Under the pieces are notes generated by a model. That model saw only the letters and a list, made by a program, of their open reading frames with translations. It had not been told where the DNA came from and searched no databases. A stretch of DNA of 63,317 bases, the filler included, from Trichomonas gallinae (Eukaryota): NCBI GenBank assembly GCA_008369845.1. It is 3 parts of 3 records of this genome, joined end to end, with 100 filler letters (N's around TTAATTAATTAA, not from the genome) between each part and the next. Parts side by side here need not be neighbours in the genome. Positions count along the whole stretch, not along the records: positions 41,766 to 63,317 come from MRSU01001407.1; 2 more parts are not named here. One strand, written 5' to 3'. Position numbers and translations under genes: made by a program. This document shows, one piece after another, positions 62,301 through 63,317 of this stretch; the first letter of the stretch is position 1; every line of letters begins with the position of its first letter.

Positions 62301-63317
62301 ACTCAATGGACTCGGAAAGGCAAATGTTCCTCAACTGCAGCTCGATAAAACTGATTCTACAGACATCGTCATCGCGAATTTGTTGGGCGGAATTACTCCT
62401 GCAATGGTTAAACAGGCTCTTGGCGTTGAGTCGGTGAGATATGATGATGATCTTGATCCGCTTTGCTCGCCACAATCAATGGCTTATTTAGTATCAACGA
62501 CCGGAGTCGACATCAGCGAACTCGAAGGTAAAATTAACTCTACAAAGAATCTATTCCACGGAAATCGTGCAATGTACAGAACAGCGAAAGATGGAATAGA
62601 CGAAGCAGTTGATTTCATTATATCAGAGAGCAGCACAGCTAAATACGTCATTGCAGGAATTCGTCCTGAATTCAACCCAATGCAGTTGAAATTATTCATG
62701 AAGAACGCATCCGATGTCTCAGAAGATCCAGGACTTGGCACATTAAACTCACCAGATTCTAAAGCATTCCTCGTCAAATTCGACGGCATCGAAGGAAACT
62801 GGTCTGCAGAAATCGAATCATTGCCAGAGAAGATGTTTGTCGAAAACCGCTTATTCGAGTGTGTTACAGGAAAACTCGAGAGTGCAGTCAACAACATCTT
62901 GAAAGTTATTTTCCAGACAGCGGGCAAGAGAGTTTCTCGCTGGGTTGTTGCTGGCTTGAGAAGCGAAGTCACACCACTCGAAGTTAAAATCAATTTGCCA
63001 CATGCAGAAGCAGTCATTCCATCAACACTGCTTCAGCCACTGTGCACATCATGCAATACAGCTTTCTTGGTTTATGTCTCAGCAAAGAGTGTCGATGCAT
63101 CATCTGACATACAGAGTCTTCCTCTTTACTCGAACGGCCCACTTTTCTGTGAGATCCAGAAAGGCAGCATTCAGAATGCGATCGACACTCTTATATCTAA
63201 GAACACAGTAAACATCAAGAAGGATGACAAAACAGATAATATCCGACCTAAATCTAGTGACAATGACAACGACAACGACAACGACGAAGAGAAGGATAAC
63301 GACAAATATATCAAGAT
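59305..63317 (+). CDS. Large protein (>1337 aa, 3'-partial) with divergent RRM-like domains and FG/RGG repeats
   Basis: Manually translated stop-free frame from ATG 59305 (MDLQFTIAIYDPK, after Inr-like TCAAATTT) to the window end. Absent from the ORF track, presumably because no stop is reached. Confidence 0.92.
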   Translation, partial: MDLQFTIAIYDPKERIQHPKQSKLFKFRINSFVTQFLVFKGILAKEDITEKAGVIPKEITKLQSFQFNQDEIYLIPKFTAINGNKFLQTFADLYYVNSIVTISPKSDYAAAALSILRTLDGLKFLKLYSPEAVRFANLSINNYGKKCKINKTGAFYTYFFDDIETAQQFDQMNFSMINDTELTISKFFRVPGHVLNVQKAPARTYGIKNILRIENSFLIPPNEDVSKAKVYSAADITLNSSSIPPSMPSDVVRPIYEFCGPVLFMSSNRAGHSVTFATADGYLRACDIYGQKPDKTTSPRLADSRPPKLTPPGDGKLSGNNSTPDSPMGKFPPNGLNFEMGSEGSNSKFNPIDFSKPNTPPGMIPLGAMENKSDGPFSPMRGGFGGMNEGMNNVGSMRGFGQPMEENNKFGPLRGGFGQPLDDNKISSGRGGFGQQFEDNNKFGPVRGGFGQPIDDNNKFGGMRPGFGGMNDDNKFGPVRGGFGQPLDDNKFGPVRGGFGQPIDDSNKFGPVRGGFGQQIDDSNKFGPVRGGFGQPIDDTNKFGPVRGGFGQSIDDSNKFGPVRGGFGQPIDDSNKFGPVRGGFGQPIDDGNKFGPVRGGFGQPIDDGNKFGPVRGGFGQPIDNMKFGPGKGGFGIPMEEANKPIPLNGGVQSFPQPEKIVPPGQEQQNEKIDENEEKPKEEDDKNKQKPNPLATNIDPDMAFNEEDENQTNIGIKEASSVGSIALQQQKLATTTEKVHPADFKLPPSEFKLPLNETPFGQAQNQNQNIPALKGGPFDSFSPRPGMEQPSGLMTPKVFKDTAPPGAPNNKNDASMLQPGQFSPRPGMEFPPGQFSPRPGMEVPPGIPVANDFTAVPPQRYSPRPGDGGPPKMMGFGMGMGMQEVEPGQFSPRPGDENFVFHPFGQQNNFDGTGGFKRAPPFGMSPRGPFGGSPFMDESSSFSPFREGPFSGGGPFGGGDFGLQRASFSGTPLQMHAPKLASIPSLTPVEGKGGFGKPVPLNGLGKANVPQLQLDKTDSTDIVIANLLGGITPAMVKQALGVESVRYDDDLDPLCSPQSMAYLVSTTGVDISELEGKINSTKNLFHGNRAMYRTAKDGIDEAVDFIISESSTAKYVIAGIRPEFNPMQLKLFMKNASDVSEDPGLGTLNSPDSKAFLVKFDGIEGNWSAEIESLPEKMFVENRLFECVTGKLESAVNNILKVIFQTAGKRVSRWVVAGLRSEVTPLEVKINLPHAEAVIPSTLLQPLCTSCNTAFLVYVSAKSVDASSDIQSLPLYSNGPLFCEIQKGSIQNAIDTLISKNTVNIKKDDKTDNIRPKSSDNDNDNDNDEEKDNDKYIK
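60529..61233 (+). repeat. About 14 tandem 16-17-aa repeats, consensus KFGPVRGGFGQPIDDSN
   Basis: Read directly from frame 1; 48-51-nt period with heavy synonymous variation. Confidence 0.95.

Overview
AT-rich, intron-poor eukaryotic genomic DNA, most consistent with a trichomonad, probably Trichomonas vaginalis (inferred from the gene families, short initiator-type promoters and TIGR-style TTAATTAATTAA gap linkers). Three contigs are joined by two 100-nt N gaps. Conserved genes: midasin/Rea1, a membrane-anchored GH31 glucosidase, DNAL1, an LRRC71-like protein, an MCRS1-like FHA protein, an EMC4-like protein, Vps11, CCT8, a Rad6-like E2, MYG1, hydin and a bacterial-type pirin. These are interspersed with expanded-family genes (ankyrin, Pmp-like, F5/8-like, beta-helix) and several pseudogenes. 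The most notable unlisted elements are a >1337-aa ORF missing from the ORF track (59305 to window end) that combines divergent RRM-like repeats with about 14 synonymously scrambled FG/RGG repeats, and a 234-bp MITE with 14-bp TIRs and an 8-bp TSD, plus a related terminus beside a gap. Also present are a 12-copy GTCACTTTT promoter array, a GCGAAGC-capped perfect hairpin, a half-deleted ArfGAP gene and secreted-protein genes broken at homopolymer runs. No database searches were run; family calls rest on motif recognition.
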